DNA of 64,000 nt from contig JBAYUW010000003.1 in assembly GCA_041674925.1 (NCBI GenBank), positions 2,042 to 66,041 of the forward strand, written 5' to 3'. Made by a program: the position numbers and the translations under genes. Every line of letters starts with the position of its first letter. Within the stretch, counting starts at the first letter, position 1. This document shows positions 35,882 through 43,820 of this stretch, piece after piece. Origin of the DNA: Minisyncoccota bacterium. Its GTDB lineage: Bacteria > Patescibacteriota > Minisyncoccia > Phycocordibacterales > GWA1-40-21. The notes beneath the pieces are model-generated. The model had not been told where the DNA came from and did no database searches. It saw nothing but the letters and a program-made list of their open reading frames with translations.

Positions 35882-36562
35882 ATGATTTATTTTGATAAAG
35901 TATCTAAAGTATACTCTGATGATTCAGTGGCTTTGTCCGATGTTAGTTTGACTATCAAGCCTAATGAATTCGTCTCCATTGTCGGTCATTCAGGCGCCGG
36001 TAAGACGACCTTGATTAAGATGATTTTAGCCGAAGAAAAACCAACTGACGGTGAGGTCTTTTACGAGTCGGTAAATGTTCACAAATTGAAAGGAAAAGAG
36101 ATGACTGAACTGCGCCGCAAGATTGGAACGGTGTTTCAGGATTTTAGACTTTTGCCAAATAAGACAGTTTATGAAAATATTGCTTTTGCGATGGAAGCGG
36201 CGGGACGAACTGATGAAGAAATTGAAGCTGATGTGCCACACGTTTTAGAATTAGTGGATATCAGTCAAAAAATTTATAGTTTTCCGAGTGAGCTGTCGGG
36301 TGGAGAAAAACAACGAGTGGCGATTGCTAGGGCGATTGTGAATCAGCCAGAAGTAATTATTGCCGATGAGCCGACGGGAAATTTGGATCCAGCTAATGCG
36401 CATGAAATCATTCAGATTCTTAAAAAAATAAACGATTTGGGCACAACGGTGATTTTGACGACGCATAATCGTGGGGTGGTGGACAATTTAGGTAAGCGCG
36501 TGATCAGTATGCAAAATGGCAAGATTATTAGAGATGATAAAAGCGGAGGTTATGTCTTATAA
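35882..36562 (+). CDS. ftsE: cell-division ABC ATPase FtsE
   Basis: Walker A GHSGAGKTTLIKMI, ABC signature LSGGEKQRVAIARA, Walker B VIIADEPTGNLD. Confidence 0.85.
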   Translation: MIYFDKVSKVYSDDSVALSDVSLTIKPNEFVSIVGHSGAGKTTLIKMILAEEKPTDGEVFYESVNVHKLKGKEMTELRRKIGTVFQDFRLLPNKTVYENIAFAMEAAGRTDEEIEADVPHVLELVDISQKIYSFPSELSGGEKQRVAIARAIVNQPEVIIADEPTGNLDPANAHEIIQILKKINDLGTTVILTTHNRGVVDNLGKRVISMQNGKIIRDDKSGGYVL

Positions 36563-36571
36563 ATAAAAATT

Positions 36572-37495
36572 ATGTTTATTACAAAAATAAAAAGAGTTTT
36601 CCGCGCTGGTCTGACAAACTTTTGGCGTAATGGTTTTGTTTCACTTTCTTCACTTGTGGTGATGTTTATCACCTTGTTTATGATCTCTTCTTTGATTTTT
36701 ATGAGTGCGATTTTACAATTTTCTTTGAAAGAAATAAAAGATAAAGTTGATATCAACGTCTATTTCACTAGTCGCGCCAGTGAAGCCGACATCTTTAGTT
36801 TGAAAAAATCTATTGAAACGATTTCGGAAGTGGACAACGTGACTTATGTTTCCAAAGAAGAGGCGCTAGCAAATTTCAAAGAGCGTCATCAAGACGATGC
36901 CCTGACCCTCGAGGCCCTTGATGAGCTTGGTGAAAATCCTTTGACGGCGTCTTTAAGTATTAAAGCGAAAGAGCCTTCGCAATATGAATCAATTGCTAAA
37001 TTTCTAGGTGGCGCCGATGGCAGTGCTAGTACCAATCCGATTATCGAAAAGGTGAATTATTATCAAAATAAAGTGGTGATTGACAAGCTGACCAAGATTA
37101 CCAGCGCGGCCAATACTGTCGGCTTTTGGGTTGCCATTCTCTTCCTGATTATTTCTATCGTCATTACTTTCAATACTATTCGCCTCGCCATTTTTATTTC
37201 CAAAGACGAGATTTCCGTCATGCGTCTGGTTGGAGCTTCTGGTCGCTATGTCAAAGGTCCCTTCGTCGTCTCCGGTATTCTTTATGGTATTGTCTCGGCG
37301 ATTCTGGTGATCGTGGTTTTCTTTGGCCTGACTTTCTGGGTCGGCAATTTATCCAAAAACTTTTTCATCGGTCTCGACCTCTTTGATTTCTACCTCAAAA
37401 ACTTTGGTCAAATTTTCCTCATCGTCTTTGGCTCAGGTATCGCCCTCGGTGCAATCTCGAGTTATCTCGCGGTGCATAGGTATTTGAAGATATAG
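36572..37495 (+). CDS. ftsX: cell-division permease-like protein FtsX
   Basis: Four TM segments with a large extracytoplasmic loop. Immediately downstream of ftsE. Confidence 0.8.
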   Translation: MFITKIKRVFRAGLTNFWRNGFVSLSSLVVMFITLFMISSLIFMSAILQFSLKEIKDKVDINVYFTSRASEADIFSLKKSIETISEVDNVTYVSKEEALANFKERHQDDALTLEALDELGENPLTASLSIKAKEPSQYESIAKFLGGADGSASTNPIIEKVNYYQNKVVIDKLTKITSAANTVGFWVAILFLIISIVITFNTIRLAIFISKDEISVMRLVGASGRYVKGPFVVSGILYGIVSAILVIVVFFGLTFWVGNLSKNFFIGLDLFDFYLKNFGQIFLIVFGSGIALGAISSYLAVHRYLKI

Positions 37496-37571
37496 ACGGG
37501 AACCTCGGCTCAGTTATCCACAACTGAAGAGTCGCAATATTTTTGGGGTAAATGCTAGAATACTCGGCGTT

Positions 37572-37970
37572 ATGGAGAAGGATTTTGATCTCTGGAATAT
37601 TAAGAAAAAAGAAACTCAACGAATTGATGACATTGTTCTCTTTTATGAAAGGGAAGTCTGGTGGTGTATTATTGGTACAAATATTGGGGTAGAGATAGAC
37701 GGTAAGCATGAATTATTTTTACGCCCAGTGGTGGTGGTTCGAAAATTTAATAAATATATGACCCTGGTCATTCCGACCACCACTCAGGATAGAGATAATA
37801 AGTACTATTTTGCTGTCACTGGTGAGGATAATAAAGTTTATAATACTTGTCTATCCCAGATAAAATCAATTAGTTCAAAAAGACTATTTAGAAAAATTGG
37901 GACTATTAAGTACGGAGATTATCAAGCTTTATTGGAAAAGACTGCTTATATGGTCAGAGGTATATTGTAA
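37572..37970 (+). CDS. MazF/PemK-family endoribonuclease homologue, paralogue of the 1487-1924 ORF, no adjacent antitoxin
   Basis: EKDFDLWNIKKK...REVWWCIIGTNIGVEIDGKHELFLRPVVVV parallels KKDFDKWNELKK...GEVRWCIFGINIGNEIIGKGEFFRRPALIL in the first copy (about 40% identity by eye). Confidence 0.55.
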   Translation: MEKDFDLWNIKKKETQRIDDIVLFYEREVWWCIIGTNIGVEIDGKHELFLRPVVVVRKFNKYMTLVIPTTTQDRDNKYYFAVTGEDNKVYNTCLSQIKSISSKRLFRKIGTIKYGDYQALLEKTAYMVRGIL

Positions 37971-37975
37971 ACAAC

Positions 37976-37997
37976 GAAATCCCCTTGCGGGGATTTC
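37976..37997 (+). terminator. hairpin GAAATCCCC-TTGC-GGGGATTTC after the mazF-like gene
   Basis: Perfect 9-bp stem 6 nt after the stop. The U-tract is inside the 3' arm and is not downstream of the stem, so the terminator assignment is moderate. Confidence 0.5.
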
Positions 37998-38101
37998 TCA
38001 GAGGCCGAAGCCCATAATCACTCTAAGTATAGCAAGTTGATTTCAGTTGTCAAACCACAAGCCCTTGAAAAAGTCTCATTTTTAACGTATCCTTGCTGTA
38101 T

Positions 38102-38172
38102 TGCCAGATCGTCTAATGGTAGGACACATCCCTCTGGAGGATGTTATCTTGGTTCGAATCCAGGTCTGGCAG
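38102..38172 (+). tRNA. tRNA-Gln (anticodon CUG)
   Basis: U1-A72 pair (TGCCAGA/TCTGGCA), D-arm GTCT-AATGGTA-GGAC. Anticodon stem CATCC/GGATG with loop CTCTGGA. T-arm CTTGG-TTCGAAT-CCAGG, discriminator G. Confidence 0.8.
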
Positions 38173-38176
38173 CTAT

Positions 38177-38204
38177 TGACAAAAAGTATCAAGTATGCTA
38201 GACT
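38177..38204 (+). promoter_or_regulatory. weak candidate promoter TTGACA-N16-TAGACT immediately after tRNA-Gln
   Basis: A perfect -35 hexamer 5 nt after the tRNA. The -10 is poor. Confidence 0.3.
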
Positions 38205-38267
38205 TGATAATGAACTAGTTTGGTTGGTCTTGTAGATCAACCTTTTAACACAAGAGGAGAAGTAGAA

Positions 38268-38738
38268 ATGAATATCAATGGACTGAGCAAGGCCGCAGTA
38301 CTCGCAGCGCTTTACAACGCTTCCAAACCCCAAGGCATGGGGTTCATGCACTACGATCCGACACCGATGACGGTGGAAGAAGCGCAGGCAGAACTCGACG
38401 GCAATCCGCGTAAACGCTTCGATTACCTCAAGGGCCGTGTCATGAAAATCACGCTCATCGAGGACGAAGTGGATACGTGGGGTTACAACCGCGACAATGG
38501 CGAAGGTGCGGCGGAACGGGCGATTGATATCCTTCGTTCCGAGGGCGATCCCAATGCGCAACCCATTCGTGATACACACAATGCGAACACGCATGCGGCG
38601 GCCGTGGATGTCGAGCGTCATCTCGGTGATCATACCACGGTTAAGACCGAAGGTGGAATCGTCTACATGCATCTCGGCCTGGCAGATGTTCGGGAACACC
38701 TCGCACCTCAGGTCGCCAAGGTCACACGGCGGAACTGA
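38268..38738 (+). CDS. hypothetical protein encoded in a G+C-rich island (likely horizontally acquired)
   Basis: ATG at 38268 preceded by GAGGAGAAG (an SD-like sequence). The protein starts MNINGLSKAAVLAALYNASKPQGMGF and has no family I recognise. The composition is roughly 55-60% G+C by inspection, against the high 30s for flanking DNA. Confidence 0.5.
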   Translation: MNINGLSKAAVLAALYNASKPQGMGFMHYDPTPMTVEEAQAELDGNPRKRFDYLKGRVMKITLIEDEVDTWGYNRDNGEGAAERAIDILRSEGDPNAQPIRDTHNANTHAAAVDVERHLGDHTTVKTEGGIVYMHLGLADVREHLAPQVAKVTRRN

Positions 38739-38781
38739 TCCTCAACAAGAGTCGCTAACCAGATAACAGCGCAGAATCTGG

Positions 38782-38810
38782 AGCCTCGCATTCGTGCGGG
38801 GCTTTCATTT
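38782..38810 (+). terminator. rho-independent terminator AGCCTCGCA-TTCG-TGCGGGGCT + U-rich tail
   Basis: 9-bp stem, a UUCG tetraloop, then TTCATTTG. Confidence 0.6.
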
Positions 38811-38841
38811 GTCTAAATTTCTTTATTTTGTGTTAAAATAG

Positions 38842-38870
38842 TTCCAACTTCGTACTAGACGGCCAGCTAA
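38842..38870 (+). repeat. intergenic direct repeat, copy 1 (TTCCAACTTCGTACTAGACGGCCAGCTAA)
   Basis: One of five copies of a ~29-nt element, consensus TTCCAACTTC(A/G)TACCACACGAC(C/T)AGC(C/T)AA. It is preceded at 38824-38843 by TATTTTGTGTTAAAATAGTT, a near-copy of the aroE 3' end. Confidence 0.75.
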
Positions 38871-38887
38871 TAAGTTATAATAAGTAT

Positions 38888-39556
38888 ATGGAAGATGATC
38901 TAAAAACATATATCGAAAAATTAGATATAAGAATAAGAGAAATGTTCAACTCTGAAAGTAGTGGACATGATATCTATCACTTACACAGAGTATTTAACTT
39001 AGCCTTACATCTACAAGAAAAAGAAGGTGGCAATAGACTGATTATTGGAGTCTCGGCATTACTACACGATCTTCATCGTTTAATGGAGAAAGAATCGGGC
39101 GTATTTTGTCCACCAACAAATTCTTTACCAGCAGTTAAAAAGCTACTAAAAGAAATTGATTTTCCAAATGTTATTATTTCTAGGGTTTTGCACTCAATCG
39201 AACATCACGAGGAGTATAGTTTTTCAAAAGATGGTAAAACTGTAAATGATTTAGAAACTCTTATCTTACAAGATGCTGATAATTTAGACGCCATCGGAGC
39301 AATTGGAGTTGGAAGAACTTTTGCTTTTGGTGGAGCACATGGAGTGCCCATGTGGATCCCCGAAAAACCTTTCGATAGAGATCACTTTGATGAATCCGAG
39401 AAAGATCCTTCTACTATTCACCATTTTTATTCAAAACTATTAAAATTAGAAAAAAACATGAATACAGAAACTGCAAAAAATATGGCTAAGGGAAGGACTG
39501 ATTTCATGAATAAATTTATCGAACAATTTATTAGTGAGTGGAAAGGTGAAAAATAG
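38888..39556 (+). CDS. HD-domain metal-dependent phosphohydrolase
   Basis: HLHRVF, LLHDLHR (the HD dyad) and QDADNLDAIGAIGV are characteristic of the HD superfamily. Confidence 0.7.
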   Translation: MEDDLKTYIEKLDIRIREMFNSESSGHDIYHLHRVFNLALHLQEKEGGNRLIIGVSALLHDLHRLMEKESGVFCPPTNSLPAVKKLLKEIDFPNVIISRVLHSIEHHEEYSFSKDGKTVNDLETLILQDADNLDAIGAIGVGRTFAFGGAHGVPMWIPEKPFDRDHFDESEKDPSTIHHFYSKLLKLEKNMNTETAKNMAKGRTDFMNKFIEQFISEWKGEK

Positions 39557-39587
39557 CAGGTTTAATCATTATTCTCTGGTAAAGAGT

Positions 39588-39616
39588 TTCCAACTTCAAA
39601 CCATACAGTCAGCCAA
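39588..39616 (+). repeat. intergenic direct repeat, copy 2 (TTCCAACTTCAAACCATACAGTCAGCCAA)
   Basis: See copy 1. Lies 32 nt after the HD-gene stop. Confidence 0.7.
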
Positions 39617-39639
39617 CGTTTTTGTCTAAATTTAAAACA

Positions 39640-40311
39640 ATGAAAACAAAAAAGCATATCATAATATTTTCACACGGTTTTGGAGTCCGTAAAGACGACA
39701 ATGGCCTTTTGACCGAGATAGCCAAAGCTATTCCTGAAGCTGAATCAATACTCTTTGATTATTATCAATTTAATGAGAGAAATAATACTTTAACCATTTG
39801 CCCATTTAGTAAACAAGTGGAAATGTTACTGACTGTAATCAATCAAGCTAAAAAAGATCATCCCGAAGCGACGATAGACCTGATCTGTCATTCTCAGGGG
39901 ACCATCGTTGCTGGTTTAGCCGCACCTATTGGTATTAGAAAGACTATTCTACTTTCGCCACCTTTTGATATGAGTCTTGAGCGTAGTTTAAAAAGGTATA
40001 CCTCAAAGCCCGACGCGGTTGTGAATATCAATGGTATCTCTGTCGTTCCATCTTCAAGTGGTCTTGTAAGAATTATTCCGCCTGAATATTGGGTTGAACG
40101 CAAAGAGGTAAGAGCATTTGAGGCTTACAATAATCTAGCCGAAAAGACGGAACTTATTATCATAGAAGCAAATCAAGACATGTTGATAGAAAAGGTTGAT
40201 TTAAAAGAACTTAGTCCAAAGATAAAATTGGCGCCGCTTGATGGTGACCATGGTTTTTCTGGTAAGGATAGGGGGCCGTTATTGGCTGCCTTGAGAGGCT
40301 ACATCATTTAG
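39640..40311 (+). CDS. alpha/beta hydrolase
   Basis: MKTKKHIIIFSHGFG start (the ORF track begins at an upstream TTG at 39622). Nucleophile elbow CHSQGT (GxSxG-type). A C-terminal Asp/His. Confidence 0.6.
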   Translation: MKTKKHIIIFSHGFGVRKDDNGLLTEIAKAIPEAESILFDYYQFNERNNTLTICPFSKQVEMLLTVINQAKKDHPEATIDLICHSQGTIVAGLAAPIGIRKTILLSPPFDMSLERSLKRYTSKPDAVVNINGISVVPSSSGLVRIIPPEYWVERKEVRAFEAYNNLAEKTELIIIEANQDMLIEKVDLKELSPKIKLAPLDGDHGFSGKDRGPLLAALRGYII

Positions 40312-40320
40312 ACAGAATAG

Positions 40321-40350
40321 CCTTAACTTCGTACCACACGACCAGCTCGC
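40321..40350 (+). repeat. intergenic direct repeat, copy 3 (CCTTAACTTCGTACCACACGACCAGCTCG)
   Basis: See copy 1. Begins 10 nt after the stop. Confidence 0.75.
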
Positions 40351-40422
40351 GATTTATCCTCGTTTCTCAACATCAAAAAATCGACCTGTTTTGTGTGTTG
40401 GAATTTTGTTATAATTATTATT

Positions 40423-40848
40423 ATGAAAATAGAACGTCCTAAAGTCGGTGTAAACGTTTTTGTTATTAAGGATAACAAATTACTTCTGGGTAAAGGAAAG
40501 AATGTCTTTGGCGATGGCTATTGGGGATTACCGGGCGGTCATTTGGAGGGTGGGGAATCGATGACTGGTGGAGCAAAAAGAGAGTTAAAAGAAGAGACAG
40601 GGCTTACCGCTGACAAGTTAACATTTCTGAATGTTATAAATGATCCACCGATAGATGAAGGTGGGCATTATGTTCACGTCGGTTTTTTAGCGGAAGATGT
40701 TCAGGGTGAGCCAAGACTTACCGAACCAGATAAATGTTCTGAACTGAAATGGTTTGATCTAAATGACTTACCGCAAGAGGAAGAGATATTTATTGGACAT
40801 CGCAAACAAATAGCTGCATTTTTAAACAAAATCGTGTTTGTTGATTAA
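40423..40848 (+). CDS. NUDIX hydrolase
   Basis: Nudix box GGHLEGGESMTGGAKRELKEETGL (Gx5Ex7REUxEExGU). The ATG at 40423 is inside the longer ORF. Confidence 0.8.
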   Translation: MKIERPKVGVNVFVIKDNKLLLGKGKNVFGDGYWGLPGGHLEGGESMTGGAKRELKEETGLTADKLTFLNVINDPPIDEGGHYVHVGFLAEDVQGEPRLTEPDKCSELKWFDLNDLPQEEEIFIGHRKQIAAFLNKIVFVD

Positions 40849-40852
40849 GGGC

Positions 40853-40881
40853 TTCCAACTTCATACCACACGACTAGCCAA
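40853..40881 (+). repeat. intergenic direct repeat, copy 4 (TTCCAACTTCATACCACACGACTAGCCAA)
   Basis: See copy 1. Begins 5 nt after the NUDIX stop. Confidence 0.75.
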
Positions 40882-40983
40882 GTGCTTGATGGAGAAATTA
40901 TCGACCCTTTATTTACTGAGTTGAGTTGGTGAGGTTCTTGTGTTAATATTATTCATGAAAAAGCTATATATCGAAATATTTTA

Positions 40984-42474
40984 ATGAAAAAAGAACAAGA
41001 AAAAAATACTTTTGTTGATCAAATAACACCAAGAAGCCAGGATTTTTCTCAATGGTATCTTGATATTATCAGGGTGGCAGATTTGGCTGAAAATTCACCA
41101 GTCAGAGGTTGTATGGTCATAAAACCTTACGGCTATGCGATTTGGGAGAATATTCAAAAAGTTTTAGATGCCGAGTTTAAAAAACTTGGAACTCAAAATG
41201 CCTATTTTCCACTTCTAATTCCCAAGAGTTTTTTAGAAAAAGAAGCGGAACACGTTGAAGGATTTGCAAAAGAATGTGCCGTCGTGACGCATCATAGACT
41301 TGAAGAAAAAGACGGCAAGCTGATCCCGGCTGGAGAACTCGAAGAGCCGCTTGTGATCCGTCCCACCTCCGAAACGATAATCTACGATACTTTTTCAAAA
41401 TGGATACATTCATATCGTGACTTACCTTTATTGGTAAATCAATGGTGCAACGTGTTTAGATGGGAAATGAGGACAAAGCCTTTTTTAAGAACGTCGGAAT
41501 TTCTATGGCAAGAAGGCCATACCGCTCATGCCACAAAAGAGGAGGCAGACCGAAAGACCCTGGAAATGCTTGAAGTATATAAAAAATTCGTGGAGGATTA
41601 TCTGGGAATATCGCCAGTTCTTGGTAGAAAAACCGAAAGTGAAAAATTTGCTGGCGCAGATTACACGACATCAATCGAAGCTTTGATGCAGGATGGTAAG
41701 GCTTTGCAATCCGCAACCTCGCATATGCTCGGTCAAAATTTCTCGAAGTCGTTTGAAGTTTCGTTCCTAAATGAAAAACAGGAAAAGGAGTATGTTTGGC
41801 AAACAAGTTGGGGCTTGTCCACCAGAATAATTGGGGCTTTGATCATGTCACATTCAGATGATAAAGGGTTAGTTTTGCCACCAAAAATTGCTCAGTTTCA
41901 AACAGTAATAATTCCAATTCACGGAAGCGAAGACGAAAAGGCGATTGTACTTGAGAAAGTCGAGAAAGTGAAAAAGGAGTTGGTTGCCGCTGGCATAACT
42001 TTTAAGTTGGATGATAGAGAGGGTCGTACCGGTTTCAAATATTTTGAATGGGAAAGGAAGGGTATTCCTCTCAGACTGGAGATTGGTCCAAAAGATGTCG
42101 CAAAGAATTCTGTGGTTGTCGTTGAAAGATTGCAAGGCAAGAAAGAATTTGTGGCTGATGAAAATTTGGTTTCTTTTATTAAATCTAATCTAGAAAGTAT
42201 TCAAAATACTTTATTAGATAATTCGAAAAAATTTAGATTAGAAAACACAAGAGAAGTATCAGATTACGAAGAGTTTAAGAAGGTGATTGAAAATAAACCA
42301 GGTTTTATTTCTACTCATTTATGTACTGATAAAAATTGCGAAGAAAAGATTAAAGAGGAAACAAACTCCACCAGCCGATGTATTCCTTTTGGCAATGGAA
42401 TTGGCAACTCTGGAAGGTGCATTTATTGTAAACAGGACGCTCCCAATAAGGTTTTGTTTGCGAAGGCTTATTAA
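40984..42474 (+). CDS. proS: prolyl-tRNA synthetase (archaeal/eukaryotic-type class II ProS)
   Basis: Class II motifs (RPTSETIIY motif 2 region). Anticodon-binding domain and a C-terminal Zn-binding domain with Cys. 496 aa. Confidence 0.85.
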   Translation: MKKEQEKNTFVDQITPRSQDFSQWYLDIIRVADLAENSPVRGCMVIKPYGYAIWENIQKVLDAEFKKLGTQNAYFPLLIPKSFLEKEAEHVEGFAKECAVVTHHRLEEKDGKLIPAGELEEPLVIRPTSETIIYDTFSKWIHSYRDLPLLVNQWCNVFRWEMRTKPFLRTSEFLWQEGHTAHATKEEADRKTLEMLEVYKKFVEDYLGISPVLGRKTESEKFAGADYTTSIEALMQDGKALQSATSHMLGQNFSKSFEVSFLNEKQEKEYVWQTSWGLSTRIIGALIMSHSDDKGLVLPPKIAQFQTVIIPIHGSEDEKAIVLEKVEKVKKELVAAGITFKLDDREGRTGFKYFEWERKGIPLRLEIGPKDVAKNSVVVVERLQGKKEFVADENLVSFIKSNLESIQNTLLDNSKKFRLENTREVSDYEEFKKVIENKPGFISTHLCTDKNCEEKIKEETNSTSRCIPFGNGIGNSGRCIYCKQDAPNKVLFAKAY

Positions 42475-42496
42475 TTTAGACGGACAAACCTTTTTT

Positions 42497-43272
42497 ATGA
42501 AATCATTTGGAGTTATAGGCCATCCAGTTTCTCATTCTTTGTCTCCTAAAATATTCAACACTGCTTTTTCTGCCTCAAAAATAGATGCGGTTTATGAAGC
42601 TGTGGATATTCCACCCGAGAAACTCGAATCATTTATCCAAGAAGAAAAAAACTTAATGAATTTTCTGGCTTGAGTGTAACCGTGCCACACAAAGAAAAAA
42701 TTATTCAGTTTCTCGATGAAATTTCAGAGAGGACGCAAAAGATTGGCGCGGTCAATACAATTATAAAAGCTCAGAATAAATTGATTGGCGAGAATACGGA
42801 TTGCATCGGTGTTCAATATGCAATGAAAAATATTAGAGACATTAAGAATAAATCTTTTTTGCTAATTGGCGCTGGTGGTGTAGCTAGGGCAACAATTTTT
42901 GCGTTAAAGGAGATGGGGGTAAGTAAAATTACTATTTGGAATAGGACAATAGAAAAAGGTTTAAGACTTTCTCAAGACTTTGATGTTCATTTTTCTGAAA
43001 AAATTCCAGATGAATCTGAGGTCATAATTAATTGCACTACAATTGGATTGAAGGACGGGGAAGTATTACCAATATCAGACGAAATTTTAAAAAATGCAAA
43101 GATAGTATTTGATATGGTGTATGGAGAGACGGATTTAATTAAAAGAGCGAAAAAATTTGGGCTTGTGACAATAGAAGGAAAAGAGATGCTATTAGGTCAA
43201 GCCTTTGAACAATTTAAGCTTTTTACGGGTATAGATGCACCGAAAGCGACGATGATTGAGGTGTTAAAATAG
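42497..43272 (+). pseudogene. aroE: shikimate dehydrogenase aroE with a -1 frameshift in a T4 run at 42661-42664 (or a homopolymer sequencing error)
   Basis: The N-terminal MKSFGVIGHPVSHSLSPKIFN...NLMNF is in one frame, and FSGLSVTVPHKEK...GAVNT... in the -1 frame. Adding one T to the TTTT run restores the conserved NF-SGLSVTVPHKE junction. Confidence 0.65.
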
Positions 43273-43300
43273 TTCCAACTTCATACCATACAGCTGTTAA
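43273..43300 (+). repeat. intergenic direct repeat, copy 5 (TTCCAACTTCATACCATACAGCTGTTAA)
   Basis: Begins 1 nt after the aroE stop. It is the 5' boundary of the second G+C-rich module. Confidence 0.7.
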
Positions 43301-43328
43301 ATACTTTAACAGTGAAATATATAAATTG

Positions 43329-43356
43329 TTGACACCCAGCAAAATTAGAGTAATAT
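43329..43356 (+). promoter_or_regulatory. sigma70-type promoter TTGACA-N16-TAATAT driving the G+C-rich ORF
   Basis: Consensus -35, a 16-nt spacer and a near-consensus -10, 54 nt upstream of the ATG at 43410. Confidence 0.5.
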
Positions 43357-43409
43357 CTTATTTGGACCCCGAGTGACCGTTCATGCTCTAGAGAGAAAGG
43401 CAACTCCGA

Positions 43410-43730
43410 ATGAAGACGAAGAATAAACCCTCGCCCACCCTCAGTGTTCTGAACTTGAAACAGCTGAAGAAACAGCTCACAAATCCGGCCGGTGTGCCAA
43501 TGTGGCAGTTGCACCCATCGGTGCAACATTGTCTGCGGCTTTTTCAGGACCTTCGTCCTGGTACGGTCGAAAGGAAGTGCGCTGATGACTCCGACTGGGT
43601 CGTCAATCACGGCCGTTCATCGGCGATGTTTCTGGTGCCTTACCGACTTAAGAATGGCGCTTTTAATTTGCGCTTTCTTGAGGACAATTCCGCATATGGT
43701 TGGTTCAAAGACATTAGGGTAAAGCCCTAG
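43410..43730 (+). CDS. hypothetical protein in the second G+C-rich module (frame assignment uncertain)
   Basis: 106-aa ORF beginning MKTKNKPSPTLSV, in a visibly G+C-rich segment. Overlapping ORFs exist on both strands. No family I recognise. Confidence 0.4.
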   Translation: MKTKNKPSPTLSVLNLKQLKKQLTNPAGVPMWQLHPSVQHCLRLFQDLRPGTVERKCADDSDWVVNHGRSSAMFLVPYRLKNGAFNLRFLEDNSAYGWFKDIRVKP

Positions 43731-43748
43731 ACGGGTTAAGGTCAATAG

Positions 43749-43781
43749 CCCACAGGAAAGCTCCTGCGGGCTTTCTTGTTT
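43749..43781 (+). terminator. rho-independent terminator CCCACAGGA-AAGC-TCCTGCGGG + CTTTCTTGTTT
   Basis: 9-bp stem with one mismatch and a T-rich tail. It is followed at 43794-43813 by TATTTTGTGCTAAAATAGTT, an aroE-3'-end-like duplicate. Confidence 0.55.
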
Positions 43782-43820
43782 CCGAAAATTCAATATTTTG
43801 TGCTAAAATAGTTTACAAGT

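Noticed and set aside
38082-38699. 205-aa minus-strand ORF
   Set aside because: It runs antisense through tRNA-Gln and through the G+C-rich + strand ORF. High G+C keeps antisense frames open. The + strand ORF has an SD, a promoter and a terminator, so I kept that one.
38842-43300. 29-nt repeats as rho-independent terminators
   Set aside because: The element has no internal complementarity and no U-tract. Real terminators in the window (for example 38782-38810 and 43749-43781) look quite different.
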